Of a stretch of 32,000 nt of DNA, positions 1-7,930 are shown one piece after another. The stretch covers positions 90,001 through 122,000 of the forward strand of contig NC_014833.1 of NCBI RefSeq assembly GCF_000179635.2. Reading direction: 5' to 3'. Within the stretch, counting starts at the first letter, position 1. Each line of letters starts with the position of its first letter. The stretch comes from Ruminococcus albus 7 = DSM 20455. Its GTDB lineage: Bacteria > Bacillota > Clostridia > Oscillospirales > Ruminococcaceae. Made by a program: the position numbers and the translations under genes. The notes beneath the pieces were generated by a model. That model saw only the letters and a program-made list of their open reading frames with translations, did no database searches and had not been told where the DNA came from.

Positions 1-1754
1 TCAGCCGCTTCAAGACGCAGTGAGCCTACCTTTGAATAGTCGATATTTTCGGGTATCTTCTTGTTCTCCAGCTTTCGCATAGCCGCAACCTGTTCCAGCT
101 GTATCTTGATATAGCCCTCGTACTTTATAGTGAGCTCCACCTGCTCGCAAACATCATCGGGCAGTTCGGGGCGCTCGGGGTCGATGAATGCAAGACCCTT
201 GTATGTCAACTGAGGGCGGCGTATCAGCTGTGTCAGCTTTATGCCGTTGTTTATGGGGTCTGTACCCTGTGATACAAGATACTCGTTCAGTTCCTCCGAG
301 GGTGCTATGTTTATGGCAGATACACGCTTTACCTCAGCCTCTATCTGCTCTTTCTTCTTTGTGAATGCGGCATATCTCTCGTCGCTTATAAGCCCTACCC
401 TGTGACCTGTTTCGGTAAGTCTGAGGTCGGCATTGTCCTGCCTCAGCAGAAGTCTGTATTCGCTTCGGCTGGTAAGCATACGGTAAGGGTCGGATACTCC
501 CTTTGTGCAGAGGTCGTCCACCAGTGTGCCGATGTAGCTGCTTGCGCGGTCGAGAACCATAGGTTCTTCGCCTTTCAGTTTCAGTGCGGCGTTTATGCCC
601 GCCACAAGACCCTGCGCGGCGGCTTCCTCGTAGCCAGAGGTGCCGTTGAACTGTCCTGCTCCGTAAATGCCGTGGAATTCTTTGAATTCAAGGGTGGGCA
701 GAAGGTCGTTGGGGTCACAGCAATCGTATTCGATAGCATAGGCATTACGCATTATCTCAACATTTTCAAGACCCTTTATCGTCCGCAGGAATTTCAGCTG
801 AACATCAACAGGCAGAGATGAACTCATGCCCTGGAGATAGTATTCTTCTGTATCAAGACCCATAGGCTCGATAAAAAGCTGATGTCTTGGCTTATCGGAG
901 AAACGCATTATCTTGTCCTCAATGGACGGACAGTACCTTGGACCTATGGCGTGTATACGTCCCGAATATATGGGCGAAAGATGTATGTTGTCCATGATGA
1001 CCTTGTGGGTTTCTGCGTTGGTGTATGCCACATAGCAGTCCACTTTGTTTTCGGGCGGAACTTCATTGGTAAATGAAAATGGCTGTATATCCTCATCACC
1101 ATGCTGAACTTCCAGCTTGTCAAAATCTATGGAACGCTTGTGAACTCTTGCAGGAGTACCTGTCTTGAAGCGGCGCAAAGTCATACCTGCCTCTTTCAGA
1201 CTGTCGGAAAGTCTGCGTGCAGGCAGTACCGAATCGGGGCCGCTTGCGTAGGTGGTGGTACCTACGTGTATCTCACCGTTGAGGTAAGTTCCGCTGGCGA
1301 TTATAACCGCCCTGCAGCCGTATTCAACACCGAGATGTGTACGCACACCGCGGACAGTCTTGCCGTCATCTTCAAACAGCACGTCGGTTATCTCAGCCTG
1401 TTTCAGGTACAGACCCTCGGTATCCTCTATGGTCTTTTTCATAAGGTTGTGATATGCCATACGGTCTATCTGCGCACGCAGACTGTGTACCGCAGGACCT
1501 TTTCCGCGGTTCAGCATCCTGCTTTGTATGAGGGTCTTATCCGCTGCCCTGCCCATCTCGCCGCCGAGTGCGTCTATCTCGCGTACAAGATGACCCTTGG
1601 CGGTACCGCCTATCGACGGGTTACACGGCATATTCGCCACTGCATCCAGGGTTATGGTGAACAGTGCTGTTTTAAGACCAAGCCTTGCCCCTGCCAGCGC
1701 AGCCTCACAGCCCGCATGACCTGCGCCTATAACGATTATATCAAAATTTTCCAT
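1..1754 (-). CDS. mnmG: tRNA uridine 5-carboxymethylaminomethyl modification enzyme MnmG/GidA (C-terminus cut by window edge)
   Basis: Absent from the ORF track because it runs off the window. My minus-strand translation from the ATG at 1754 reads MENFDIIVIGAGHAGCEAALAGARLGLKTALFT..NPSIGGTAKGHLVREIDALGG, and further on GPRYCPSIEDKIMRFSDKPRHQLFIEP. These are the FAD GxGxxG motif and MnmG signatures. AGGAG lies 8 nt upstream of the ATG. The long plus-strand ORFs here are antisense artefacts. Confidence 0.93.
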   Translation of the reverse strand, partial: MENFDIIVIGAGHAGCEAALAGARLGLKTALFTITLDAVANMPCNPSIGGTAKGHLVREIDALGGEMGRAADKTLIQSRMLNRGKGPAVHSLRAQIDRMAYHNLMKKTIEDTEGLYLKQAEITDVLFEDDGKTVRGVRTHLGVEYGCRAVIIASGTYLNGEIHVGTTTYASGPDSVLPARRLSDSLKEAGMTLRRFKTGTPARVHKRSIDFDKLEVQHGDEDIQPFSFTNEVPPENKVDCYVAYTNAETHKVIMDNIHLSPIYSGRIHAIGPRYCPSIEDKIMRFSDKPRHQLFIEPMGLDTEEYYLQGMSSSLPVDVQLKFLRTIKGLENVEIMRNAYAIEYDCCDPNDLLPTLEFKEFHGIYGAGQFNGTSGYEEAAAQGLVAGINAALKLKGEEPMVLDRASSYIGTLVDDLCTKGVSDPYRMLTSRSEYRLLLRQDNADLRLTETGHRVGLISDERYAAFTKKKEQIEAEVKRVSAINIAPSEELNEYLVSQGTDPINNGIKLTQLIRRPQLTYKGLAFIDPERPELPDDVCEQVELTIKYEGYIKIQLEQVAAMRKLENKKIPENIDYSKVGSLRLEAA

Positions 1755-1796
1755 ACGGTCTGCTCCTAACGATAATATATCAAACTCTCTTATCCC

Positions 1797-1826
1797 AAAA
1801 AACGCCGCACCACTTACAGGCGCGGC
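1797..1826 (-). terminator. Intrinsic terminator-like hairpin immediately upstream of mnmG
   Basis: Minus strand reads GCCGCGCC-tgtaagt-GGTGCGGC (8 bp, one G.U) followed by TTTTTT. It lies about 40 nt before the mnmG start. Confidence 0.7.
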
Positions 1827-1875
1827 AGTTATTTCATATACTTGAAGTCATAAAGATATACAGAACGTCTTTATC

Positions 1876-1904
1876 ACAAATTCCCCGCCCTTGCGGACGG
1901 GGGA
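1876..1904 (-). terminator. serS terminator hairpin
   Basis: Minus strand reads CCCCGTCC-gcaa-GGGCGGGG followed by AATTTGTG. GC-rich stem with a tetraloop and a weak U-run. It lies 25 nt after the serS stop. Confidence 0.55.
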
Positions 1905-1929
1905 TCTGTACTGTAATGTTTTATATCTC

Positions 1930-3219
1930 TTACTTTGTGGGCACCAGCTTGTCCTTGCCGCCCATGTACATTCTGAGAGGTTCGGGGATAGATACTGTGC
2001 CGTCGCCGTTGAGGTTGTTCTCGAGGAATGCGATGAGCATTCTGGGAGGTGCTACAACGGTGTTGTTAAGGGTGTGTGCAAAGTACTTGCTGCCGTCTTC
2101 ACCCTTAACTCTTATCTGGAGTCTTCTTGCCTGAGCATCGCCAAGATTCGAGCAGGAACCTACCTCGAAGTACTTCTTCTGTCTGGGGCTCCATGCCTCA
2201 ACGTCGCAGCTCTTTACCTTCAGGTCAGCCAGGTCGCCCGAACAGCACTCAAGAGTACGTACAGGGATATCCAGCGAACGGAAGAAATCAACAGAGTTCT
2301 GCCACAGCTTGTCATACCATGTCTTGCTGTCTTCAGGCTTGCAGACTACGATCATTTCCTGCTTCTCGAACTGGTGTATACGGTATACACCTCTCTCCTC
2401 GATGCCGTGTGCGCCTACTTCTTTACGGAAACAAGGAGAATAGCTGGTCAGTGTCTGGGGCAGCTTAGCTTCCGGCAGAGTTGTCTTGATGAACTTGCCT
2501 ATCATGGAGTGCTCGGAAGTACCTATAAGATACAGATCCTCGCCCTCGATCTTATACATCATGTTCTCCATCTCAGCGAAGCTCATAACACCTGTAACAA
2601 CGCTGGATCTTATCATGAAAGGAGGTACATAGTAGGTAAATCCCCTGTCGATCATGAAATCTCTAGCATATGAGAGTATAGCAGAGTGAAGTCTTGCGAT
2701 ATCGCCCTTGAGATAATAGAAACCGTTACCCGAAGTCTCACGCGCAGCATCGAGGTCGATACCGTCGAAAGTCTCCATGATATCAACATGGTAGGGTACT
2801 TCAAAGTCGGGAACAACGGGTTCACCGAACTTTTCGATCTCAACATTCTCGCTGTCGTCCTTGCCTATAGGCACGCTGTCGTCGATGATGTTGGGGATGA
2901 CCAGCATTCTCTCACGGATCTTAGCTTCCAGCTCTTCTTCCTTTACTTCAAGGTCAGCCAGTTCCTTAGCCATAGCGTTGACCTCAGCTTTTACAGCCTC
3001 AGCCTCCTCCTTCTGACCCTTGCCCATCAGAGCGCCTATCTGCTTGGATTTTACGTTTCTCTGATTTCTCAGTTCATCAGCCTTTGTACGTGCTGCTCTG
3101 TATTCTTTATCAAATTCTGCTACCTCGTCTACCAGTACCAGTTTTTCATCCTGGAATTTCTTCTTGATATTCTCCTTTACGAGTTCGGGGTTAGTTCTTA
3201 TCAGCTTGATATCTATCAT
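1930..3219 (-). CDS. serS: Seryl-tRNA synthetase
   Basis: 429-aa ORF. The N-terminal coiled-coil arm starts MIDIKLIRTNPELVKENIKKK. The class II core contains TSEHSMIG, FRKEVG and CSGDLA motifs typical of SerRS. Confidence 0.96.
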   Translation of the reverse strand: MIDIKLIRTNPELVKENIKKKFQDEKLVLVDEVAEFDKEYRAARTKADELRNQRNVKSKQIGALMGKGQKEEAEAVKAEVNAMAKELADLEVKEEELEAKIRERMLVIPNIIDDSVPIGKDDSENVEIEKFGEPVVPDFEVPYHVDIMETFDGIDLDAARETSGNGFYYLKGDIARLHSAILSYARDFMIDRGFTYYVPPFMIRSSVVTGVMSFAEMENMMYKIEGEDLYLIGTSEHSMIGKFIKTTLPEAKLPQTLTSYSPCFRKEVGAHGIEERGVYRIHQFEKQEMIVVCKPEDSKTWYDKLWQNSVDFFRSLDIPVRTLECCSGDLADLKVKSCDVEAWSPRQKKYFEVGSCSNLGDAQARRLQIRVKGEDGSKYFAHTLNNTVVAPPRMLIAFLENNLNGDGTVSIPEPLRMYMGGKDKLVPTK

Positions 3220-3267
3220 AATTATTACTCCTAATCCTGGGCTTTCACCCGAAATTTATCAACTTAT

Positions 3268-3296
3268 AGTGTAACATTTATTGCAGCTTTTGTCAA
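3268..3296 (-). promoter_or_regulatory. Sigma-A type promoter for serS
   Basis: Minus strand reads TTGACA-17 nt-TACACT, with TG two nt upstream of the -10 (extended -10). It lies about 45 nt upstream of the serS ATG. Confidence 0.65.
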
Positions 3297-3491
3297 GACC
3301 CGAAAATGCCTTTTGCAGGCTGTGGTGATGCCTGTATAAGAAAAAACGATATCCATGAAAACAGTTTTCGTATTTACGAAAAAGATGAGTTTTCTGATAT
3401 ATTGTTTCTCCAAAAAACTGATAGCACCAGATGAACTATTTGTGTAAAACGCCTAAATTTATCTTAAATAAGAAAAACTTGGTAAAAGCCC

Positions 3492-3521
3492 TTGAAACTT
3501 TGGTCAAAAATGTTGTATAAT
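3492..3521 (+). promoter_or_regulatory. Sigma-A type promoter for the divIC operon
   Basis: TTGAAA (3492-3497), 18-nt spacer, TATAAT (3516-3521). It lies 60 nt upstream of the ATG at 3583. Confidence 0.65.
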
Positions 3522-3582
3522 ACAGTGGAGTAGACTTCTGCTTTATATATTTATTGTATGCAGAGTCGGAAAGGAGCAGGCG

Positions 3583-4065
3583 ATGGAACGGGACGACGAA
3601 CTTGAGATCCATGATGGCATGGAGAACGAAAATGAAGCCGCTGACGCTGCTGAGCTTGTTGAGCATGATGAGGCTTACGAAACTGAAGATGAAGAATATA
3701 CTGATCCTGTAGCTGATACAGATGATGAAGTACCTTTGCCGGACGATGAAGGCGAAACGGGCAGCATAACAGTTGCTAAGCGTAAACGCGCTCTGTTCAG
3801 ACCCGTACTTTTCGTTATCATCGTTTGTTTCTGTGTTATCGCGGCAGTTGATATGATGTCACAGCGTAATGAGATCGAGCAGCTGCGGCAGGAAACTGTC
3901 ATGATGACAAGCAAGATAGAGGAAACAAAGCAGAAGAACGATGAGTATACTGCTTTGCTTGAAGCGGACGAGGACGAGTTCATGGAGAGAGTGGCTGTTG
4001 AGCAGCTTGGGTATTCATATCCCAATGAAAGACGCTACTATATAGTGAATAAGTCAGGAGAATAG
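3583..4065 (+). CDS. divIC: Septum formation initiator family protein (FtsB/DivIC-like) with an acidic N-terminal extension
   Basis: Single TM (LFRPVLFVIIVCFCVIAAV), then a coiled coil (EIEQLRQETVMMTSKIEETKQKNDEY). The C-terminal ERVAVEQLGYSYPNE matches the DivIC/FtsB family tail. It is followed by an S1-domain gene, as in B. subtilis divIC-yabR. SD is GAAAGGAG. Confidence 0.8.
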   Translation: MERDDELEIHDGMENENEAADAAELVEHDEAYETEDEEYTDPVADTDDEVPLPDDEGETGSITVAKRKRALFRPVLFVIIVCFCVIAAVDMMSQRNEIEQLRQETVMMTSKIEETKQKNDEYTALLEADEDEFMERVAVEQLGYSYPNERRYYIVNKSGE

Positions 4066-4118
4066 TAAACAGCGGTCCATGACCGAAATAAATATAAAGG
4101 TAAGGAAGTAAAATCCAG

Positions 4119-4637
4119 ATGCAGCTTGAAGTAGGAAAGATCTATGAAGGAAAAGTAACAGGTATCACAAAGTTCGGTGCTTTTGTGGAGCTTGATAAGG
4201 ATACCACGGGAATGGTACATATCTCTGAGGTGGCTAACACCTTCGTGAGCGAGATAAAGGATCATTTGCAGGAGGGACAGACCGTAAAGGTAAAGGTACT
4301 CAGTATGGGTGAGGACGGCAAGATCTCGCTTTCAATAAAGAAGGCGCAGCCCGCTCCCCCGAAGAAAATGGGTGATAAGGGCGGCAGACCTATGGGCGGA
4401 AATAACAGCCGCGGCGGTCAGGGCAGACCTCAGGGCGGTTTCAGACCCCGCCGCGATGACAGACCTCCCCAGGACTTCAGCAAGAACCCTCCTCCGATAT
4501 ACGATCCCAACCAGAGATCGGGAAATGCGGACTTTGAGGATATGCTGAGCAAGTTCAAGGCTTCCAGCGATGAGAAATTCTCCGATCTCAAAAAGATAAC
4601 CGATAATAAAAGACGCTCACCTTCACGCAGAAAGTGA
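4119..4637 (+). CDS. yabR: S1 RNA-binding domain protein (YabR-like) with an Arg/Gly/Pro-rich tail
   Basis: N-terminal S1 fold motif GKIYEGKVTGITKFGAFVEL...GMVHISEV...VKVKVLSMGEDGKISLSIK. The C-terminus is low-complexity RGG/PQ-rich. Synteny with divIC. Confidence 0.85.
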   Translation: MQLEVGKIYEGKVTGITKFGAFVELDKDTTGMVHISEVANTFVSEIKDHLQEGQTVKVKVLSMGEDGKISLSIKKAQPAPPKKMGDKGGRPMGGNNSRGGQGRPQGGFRPRRDDRPPQDFSKNPPPIYDPNQRSGNADFEDMLSKFKASSDEKFSDLKKITDNKRRSPSRRK

Positions 4638-4651
4638 GTGCGGAGCAGACT

Positions 4652-4915
4652 ATGGATAAATTTAAGAAAACTTTTGCATTTGTGTTTTTCGTGCTTTCAG
4701 GTATCATACTGGGTGTTTTTCTTGCTAGTATATGCGAAGGTCAGCCTTATTTCGACTGGCTGGCATGGGGCAGGGATCTTGGTATAGAGGGCGTATCGGT
4801 TGATCTGCACGTTATCAGATTCAACTTCGGATTTATGATACACGCAACTATATCGCAGATAATCACCATTACCCTTTCACTGGTACTGTTCGTGCGTATC
4901 GGCAAGAATATATGA
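4652..4915 (+). CDS. DUF4321-like small membrane protein
   Basis: The track ORF starts at GTG 4634. I prefer ATG 4652 (MDKFKKTF) with GGAG 6 nt upstream. Two hydrophobic segments and the VDLHVIRFNFGFMIH..ITITLSLVLF pattern recall DUF4321. The stop overlaps the next start (ATGA). Confidence 0.6.
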   Translation: MDKFKKTFAFVFFVLSGIILGVFLASICEGQPYFDWLAWGRDLGIEGVSVDLHVIRFNFGFMIHATISQIITITLSLVLFVRIGKNI

Positions 4916-5604
4916 AAAAGATCGTTAAGGCTCTGTCAGTGGGGCTGGCAGCAGCGCTCATGCTTGGAGGCTGCGGCAAGGCTGAGGACAAAGCAGGCGG
5001 TCTGCTTATAAAGCAGGCACGGGAGGAGTATACTTCTCTTGACAGCGCCAGGGTGGTCATGACGGATATGGCTACGGGTGAGGAGGAACAGTCCTTCACC
5101 TTCAAGTATGACGAAAAGGATACACTGGTTTTTTCATACTACGGCAAGAGCGATAACAGCGAGTATGCACAGTTCAATAACGGGCTGGAATGCTTCACCT
5201 ATGAAAACGGTGAGGTCAAGCACTCGGTAAAAGGCGATAATGATTTCGTCAGGTATACAAGAAAGATGCCGCATCCGCAGGCTGATAAAGGTCTGCTGAT
5301 ATACGATCCTCAGTATATAACCTCTGCCAAAGAGGAAACTGTTGACGGCGGCATAAAAGTTACACACGTGTATGATGCGCAGAAGATCGGCGCTGAGGTG
5401 GAAAATGGTGAAGTCACAGGGTTCACGGCGGAATATTTTTTTGATGATGACGGCGGACTTGAATATTTTACCGAAACTACCACATCCGAATGTGAGGGCA
5501 AAGAAGAAATATACGCGTACAAGGTGGATATCACCGAAAAGAACAGTGTCGATAAAGTTGAGAACACTGTAAAACAATTTATGGATGATAAGACGGGCGG
5601 ATAA
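4912..5604 (+). CDS. Putative lipoprotein, function unknown
   Basis: Signal peptide with lipobox (AAALMLGG|C). The mature part is soluble and beta-rich. A 4-nt ATGA overlap with the upstream gene suggests translational coupling. Confidence 0.75.
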   Translation: MKKIVKALSVGLAAALMLGGCGKAEDKAGGLLIKQAREEYTSLDSARVVMTDMATGEEEQSFTFKYDEKDTLVFSYYGKSDNSEYAQFNNGLECFTYENGEVKHSVKGDNDFVRYTRKMPHPQADKGLLIYDPQYITSAKEETVDGGIKVTHVYDAQKIGAEVENGEVTGFTAEYFFDDDGGLEYFTETTTSECEGKEEIYAYKVDITEKNSVDKVENTVKQFMDDKTGG

Positions 5605-5620
5605 AACTCCGCCTGTTTTT
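5594..5620 (+). terminator. Weak terminator or attenuating hairpin after the lipoprotein gene
   Basis: GGCGGA-taaaac-TCCGCC followed by TGTTTTT. It overlaps the stop codon. The next gene's SD (AGGGAG) starts only a few nt later, so read-through is likely. Confidence 0.45.
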
Positions 5621-5633
5621 ATAGGGAGATAAT

Positions 5634-6257
5634 ATGATACAGAATTACACGGAAGTGATACACGATATAAAGTTCAGATTTGCAACAGAGATGGCGCTGA
5701 GACCATTTGTTGAACCTCTGCTGGAGGCGATAGAGAATATACCTGCTGACAGGATAAAGGACGGATTCAGGATAAGGGCAGGTTTTTCTACGTTTCTGCT
5801 GAGTGAACATAACGGAGGATATGATATAGCTGCACCTGATTTCACGGATGACCCGCTTACTGCCCTCAACACCGATCTTACAACAGCACTCAGTATACAG
5901 TATCGTCAGATATTTCTGCTGAAAAAACTTGGGATCATGGGGGAAGCAGTGCATTTCTACGATAAAATGGCTGTGGCAAAAGGCGCACTTGAAAAGGATA
6001 ACCTTGTTATGAAAAGGTTCAGGGAGATGGGTTCCTCAGGCTGGCAGCTGAACAGTTTCTCATACGGCAGCAGCGGCAAGGCAGAGATAGATGATGCTGC
6101 TTTATTTGAGCCTGTGTTTGTGTATGAGCTTATGGAGAAAAGACCGTCGCTGTTGGACTTTATGTGTCTGCCCTACGGTTACACAGCTGTGTTCCGCGGT
6201 GAGGTACTTGCTGAACTGTTTGACGATGAAGGCGAAAGCGTTATATACAATTCATAA
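5634..6257 (+). CDS. Hypothetical protein; the C-terminal half may be DUF2185/Imm33-like
   Basis: 207-aa ORF with SD AGGGAG. The C-terminal region (KRFREMGSSGWQL..., LLDFMCLPYGYTAVF) resembles, from memory only, the SGW / P-x-G pattern of DUF2185. The N-terminal half is not recognised. Confidence 0.6.
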   Translation: MIQNYTEVIHDIKFRFATEMALRPFVEPLLEAIENIPADRIKDGFRIRAGFSTFLLSEHNGGYDIAAPDFTDDPLTALNTDLTTALSIQYRQIFLLKKLGIMGEAVHFYDKMAVAKGALEKDNLVMKRFREMGSSGWQLNSFSYGSSGKAEIDDAALFEPVFVYELMEKRPSLLDFMCLPYGYTAVFRGEVLAELFDDEGESVIYNS

Positions 6258-6331
6258 GTACTAACGCCGGCCGGGCGAATATCGCGGCAGCAAACTTCCG
6301 CTCCTGTCAAATAGGCGCGGCACAACATTCC

Positions 6332-6365
6332 GAGCGTGGACAAAACAACTGTCCACGCTCTTTTT
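6332..6365 (+). terminator. Intrinsic terminator of the divIC operon
   Basis: Perfect 10-bp stem GAGCGTGGAC-aaaacaact-GTCCACGCTC followed by TTTTT. Confidence 0.88.
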
Positions 6366-6430
6366 ATGTGCGGAGCTATTGCCGCACCCGATGTCAGGGG
6401 TGAAAGGTCAGATGCAGTACGTCAGCTCAA

Positions 6431-6450
6431 AATGTTCCACGTGGAACATT
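6431..6450. repeat. Perfect 20-bp palindrome AATGTTCCACGTGGAACATT
   Basis: Exact inverted repeat, flanked by TCAAAA on the left and TTGTT on the right. It could fold as a bidirectional terminator hairpin or act as a dimer-binding site. Confidence 0.8.
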
Positions 6451-6471
6451 TGTTCTGCAATATGGAAAGCA

Positions 6472-6499
6472 AAAAGCTGCCGCAAACGCAGCAGCTTTT
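6472..6499 (-). terminator. Terminator of the GH130 gene
   Basis: Minus strand reads AAAAGCTGC-tgcgtttgcg-GCAGCTTTTT then GCTTTCC. It lies 22 nt after the GH130 stop. Confidence 0.75.
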
Positions 6500-6521
6500 C
6501 TCTTGATCACAAGATATTATA

Positions 6522-7529
6522 TCAAACAGAAGAATGGCTCTTAACGTAGTCTACAACGTCATCAACAGTTGTGAATGCCATGCTTACGCAGGTATCTGCA
6601 CAGCCGTAGTAAATAGCGATCCTGCCTGTGTCAGCATCAACGAGGGTAGCACAGGGGAATGTAACGTTCTGAACGTCACCAACGCACTCGTAGATCTTCT
6701 GGGGGCTCAGCAGATACTCAGCACATCTGTACTTAACCTTCCAGGGCTCGTCCTTGTCAAGTATGCAAGCCGAGAAGCTGTAAACAAAGCCGTTGCAGCT
6801 CTCCAGTACGCCGTGGTAGAAGCACAGCCAGCCTTCGCTTGTCTCTATCGGGATAGGACCTGCGCCGATCTTCTTGGACTCCCAAGCCCTCAGGGGTCCC
6901 ATAACGTGTCTGTGCTCGCCCCAGTACTTCATATCAGGTGACTGGGATATAAACATATCACCGAAAGGAGTGTGACCGCTGTCGGAAGGTCTTGAGAACA
7001 TAACATACTTTCCGTTGATCTTTCTGGGGAACAGTACACCGTTTCTGTTGAAAGGCAGGAAAGCGTTCTCGCACTGATAGAAGGTCTTGAAATCAAAGGT
7101 GTAAGCCACACCGATAGTAGGCTTCCAGCCGTAAGCGTTGCACCAGGTCACCCAGAATCTGTCCTCGATGAAGCATACTCTGGGGTCATAGCCGTAGCCC
7201 CACTGGTTAACTTCCTCGGTAGACTTTTCAGCCTGCTCGAATACTATCCTGTCAGGGTTGATATCCCAGTGGATACCATCCTTGGAGAAGCCTGCATGGA
7301 GCTCCATGTTTCTGCACTTGTCATCAACACGGAATACGCCTGCGAACTTTCCTTTCTCGCTCTCATAAGGAACAACTGCGCTGTTGAATATAGAGTTTGA
7401 GGTAGGCAGCTGATCTCTGGGGATTATGGGGTTAGCATCGTATCTCCATATAACGTCCTTGCAATCTGCGGGCTTGTCCTGCCAGGGAATATTGGGAAGT
7501 GATACACCATTGATTATCTGTGTCTTCAT
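6522..7529 (-). CDS. Glycoside hydrolase family 130 beta-1,4-mannoside (mannooligosaccharide-type) phosphorylase
   Basis: The short (about 335 aa) five-bladed propeller protein starts [20 protein letters not shown]. It contains [20 protein letters not shown] and YYGCADT motifs characteristic of GH130. The track start (GTG 7541) is replaced by ATG 7529, which has AAAGGTGG 8 nt upstream. Confidence 0.88.
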   Translation of the reverse strand: MKTQIINGVSLPNIPWQDKPADCKDVIWRYDANPIIPRDQLPTSNSIFNSAVVPYESEKGKFAGVFRVDDKCRNMELHAGFSKDGIHWDINPDRIVFEQAEKSTEEVNQWGYGYDPRVCFIEDRFWVTWCNAYGWKPTIGVAYTFDFKTFYQCENAFLPFNRNGVLFPRKINGKYVMFSRPSDSGHTPFGDMFISQSPDMKYWGEHRHVMGPLRAWESKKIGAGPIPIETSEGWLCFYHGVLESCNGFVYSFSACILDKDEPWKVKYRCAEYLLSPQKIYECVGDVQNVTFPCATLVDADTGRIAIYYGCADTCVSMAFTTVDDVVDYVKSHSSV

Positions 7530-7618
7530 AGTAATTTCCACCTTTCAATTTAGATTTTATTATACTTACACCAAATCAGCTTTTGGTCATTCGGTAGTTG
7601 ACTCAGCTGTCTTAAATT

Positions 7619-7647
7619 ATTATACACAATTATTGCGAATTTTGCAA
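7619..7647 (-). promoter_or_regulatory. Sigma-A type promoter for the GH130 gene
   Basis: Minus strand reads TTGCAA (7642-7647), 17-nt spacer, TATAAT (7619-7624). It lies about 90 nt upstream of the ATG. Confidence 0.7.
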
Positions 7648-7706
7648 CCCCCCACACTCATTAAGAAAACGATTAACCCATGATGAAAACGTATTCTTGT
7701 GAAAAG

Positions 7707-7723
7707 TTAACACAATATTTACA
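7707..7723 (-). promoter_or_regulatory. OmpR-family (WalR/PhoP-type) direct-repeat motif
   Basis: Minus strand reads TGTAAA-tattg-TGTTAA, a perfect fit to TGTWAH-N5-TGTWAH. It lies 60 bp upstream of the GH130 -35 box. Confidence 0.35.
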
Positions 7724-7860
7724 ATTATGAACACATGATTATGGAAGTAATCGTTATCATAAACTGAGTCAGATGCGCTGATACGTTGCGGCACTGTTGC
7801 TGATCGGTCCAGTCGGTGCAGATCAATGTCCCGATTTTTGTGTTTTTATTAACGCTTAAC

Positions 7861-7891
7861 AAAAAGCGCCCACGGAAGCATCCGTGAGCGC
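7861..7891 (-). terminator. proS terminator
   Basis: Minus strand reads GCGCTCACGGA-tgc-TTCCGTGGGCGC followed by TTTTTG. Confidence 0.85.
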
Positions 7892-7930
7892 ATATACATA
7901 AAAGTAAAAATATTTGCCAAAAATTGTGGA

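Noticed and set aside
402-1769. Three long plus-strand ORFs (139, 64 and 222 aa) from the ORF track
   Set aside because: They lie antisense to an uninterrupted minus-strand reading frame that translates into clear MnmG sequence. Their products are Cys/Arg/Val-rich with no recognisable motifs. They are typical shadow ORFs.
1891-2673. 260-aa plus-strand ORF, plus smaller ones overlapping serS
   Set aside because: It is antisense to serS, whose product has unmistakable SerRS motifs. There is no SD and no family resemblance.
3220-3440. Possible T-box leader upstream of serS (I also looked at 9374-9523 upstream of proS)
   Set aside because: The serS promoter sits only about 45 nt from the ATG. 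Neither region contains anything like the conserved T-box sequence (GGTGGTACCGCG-type) or a specifier-loop architecture.
7685-7698. TGAAAACGTATTCT as a CcpA cre site
   Set aside because: It has two mismatches to the TGWAANCGNTNWCA consensus at conserved positions, and only 5 of 7 palindromic pairs. I kept it only as part of the GAAAACG repeat observation.
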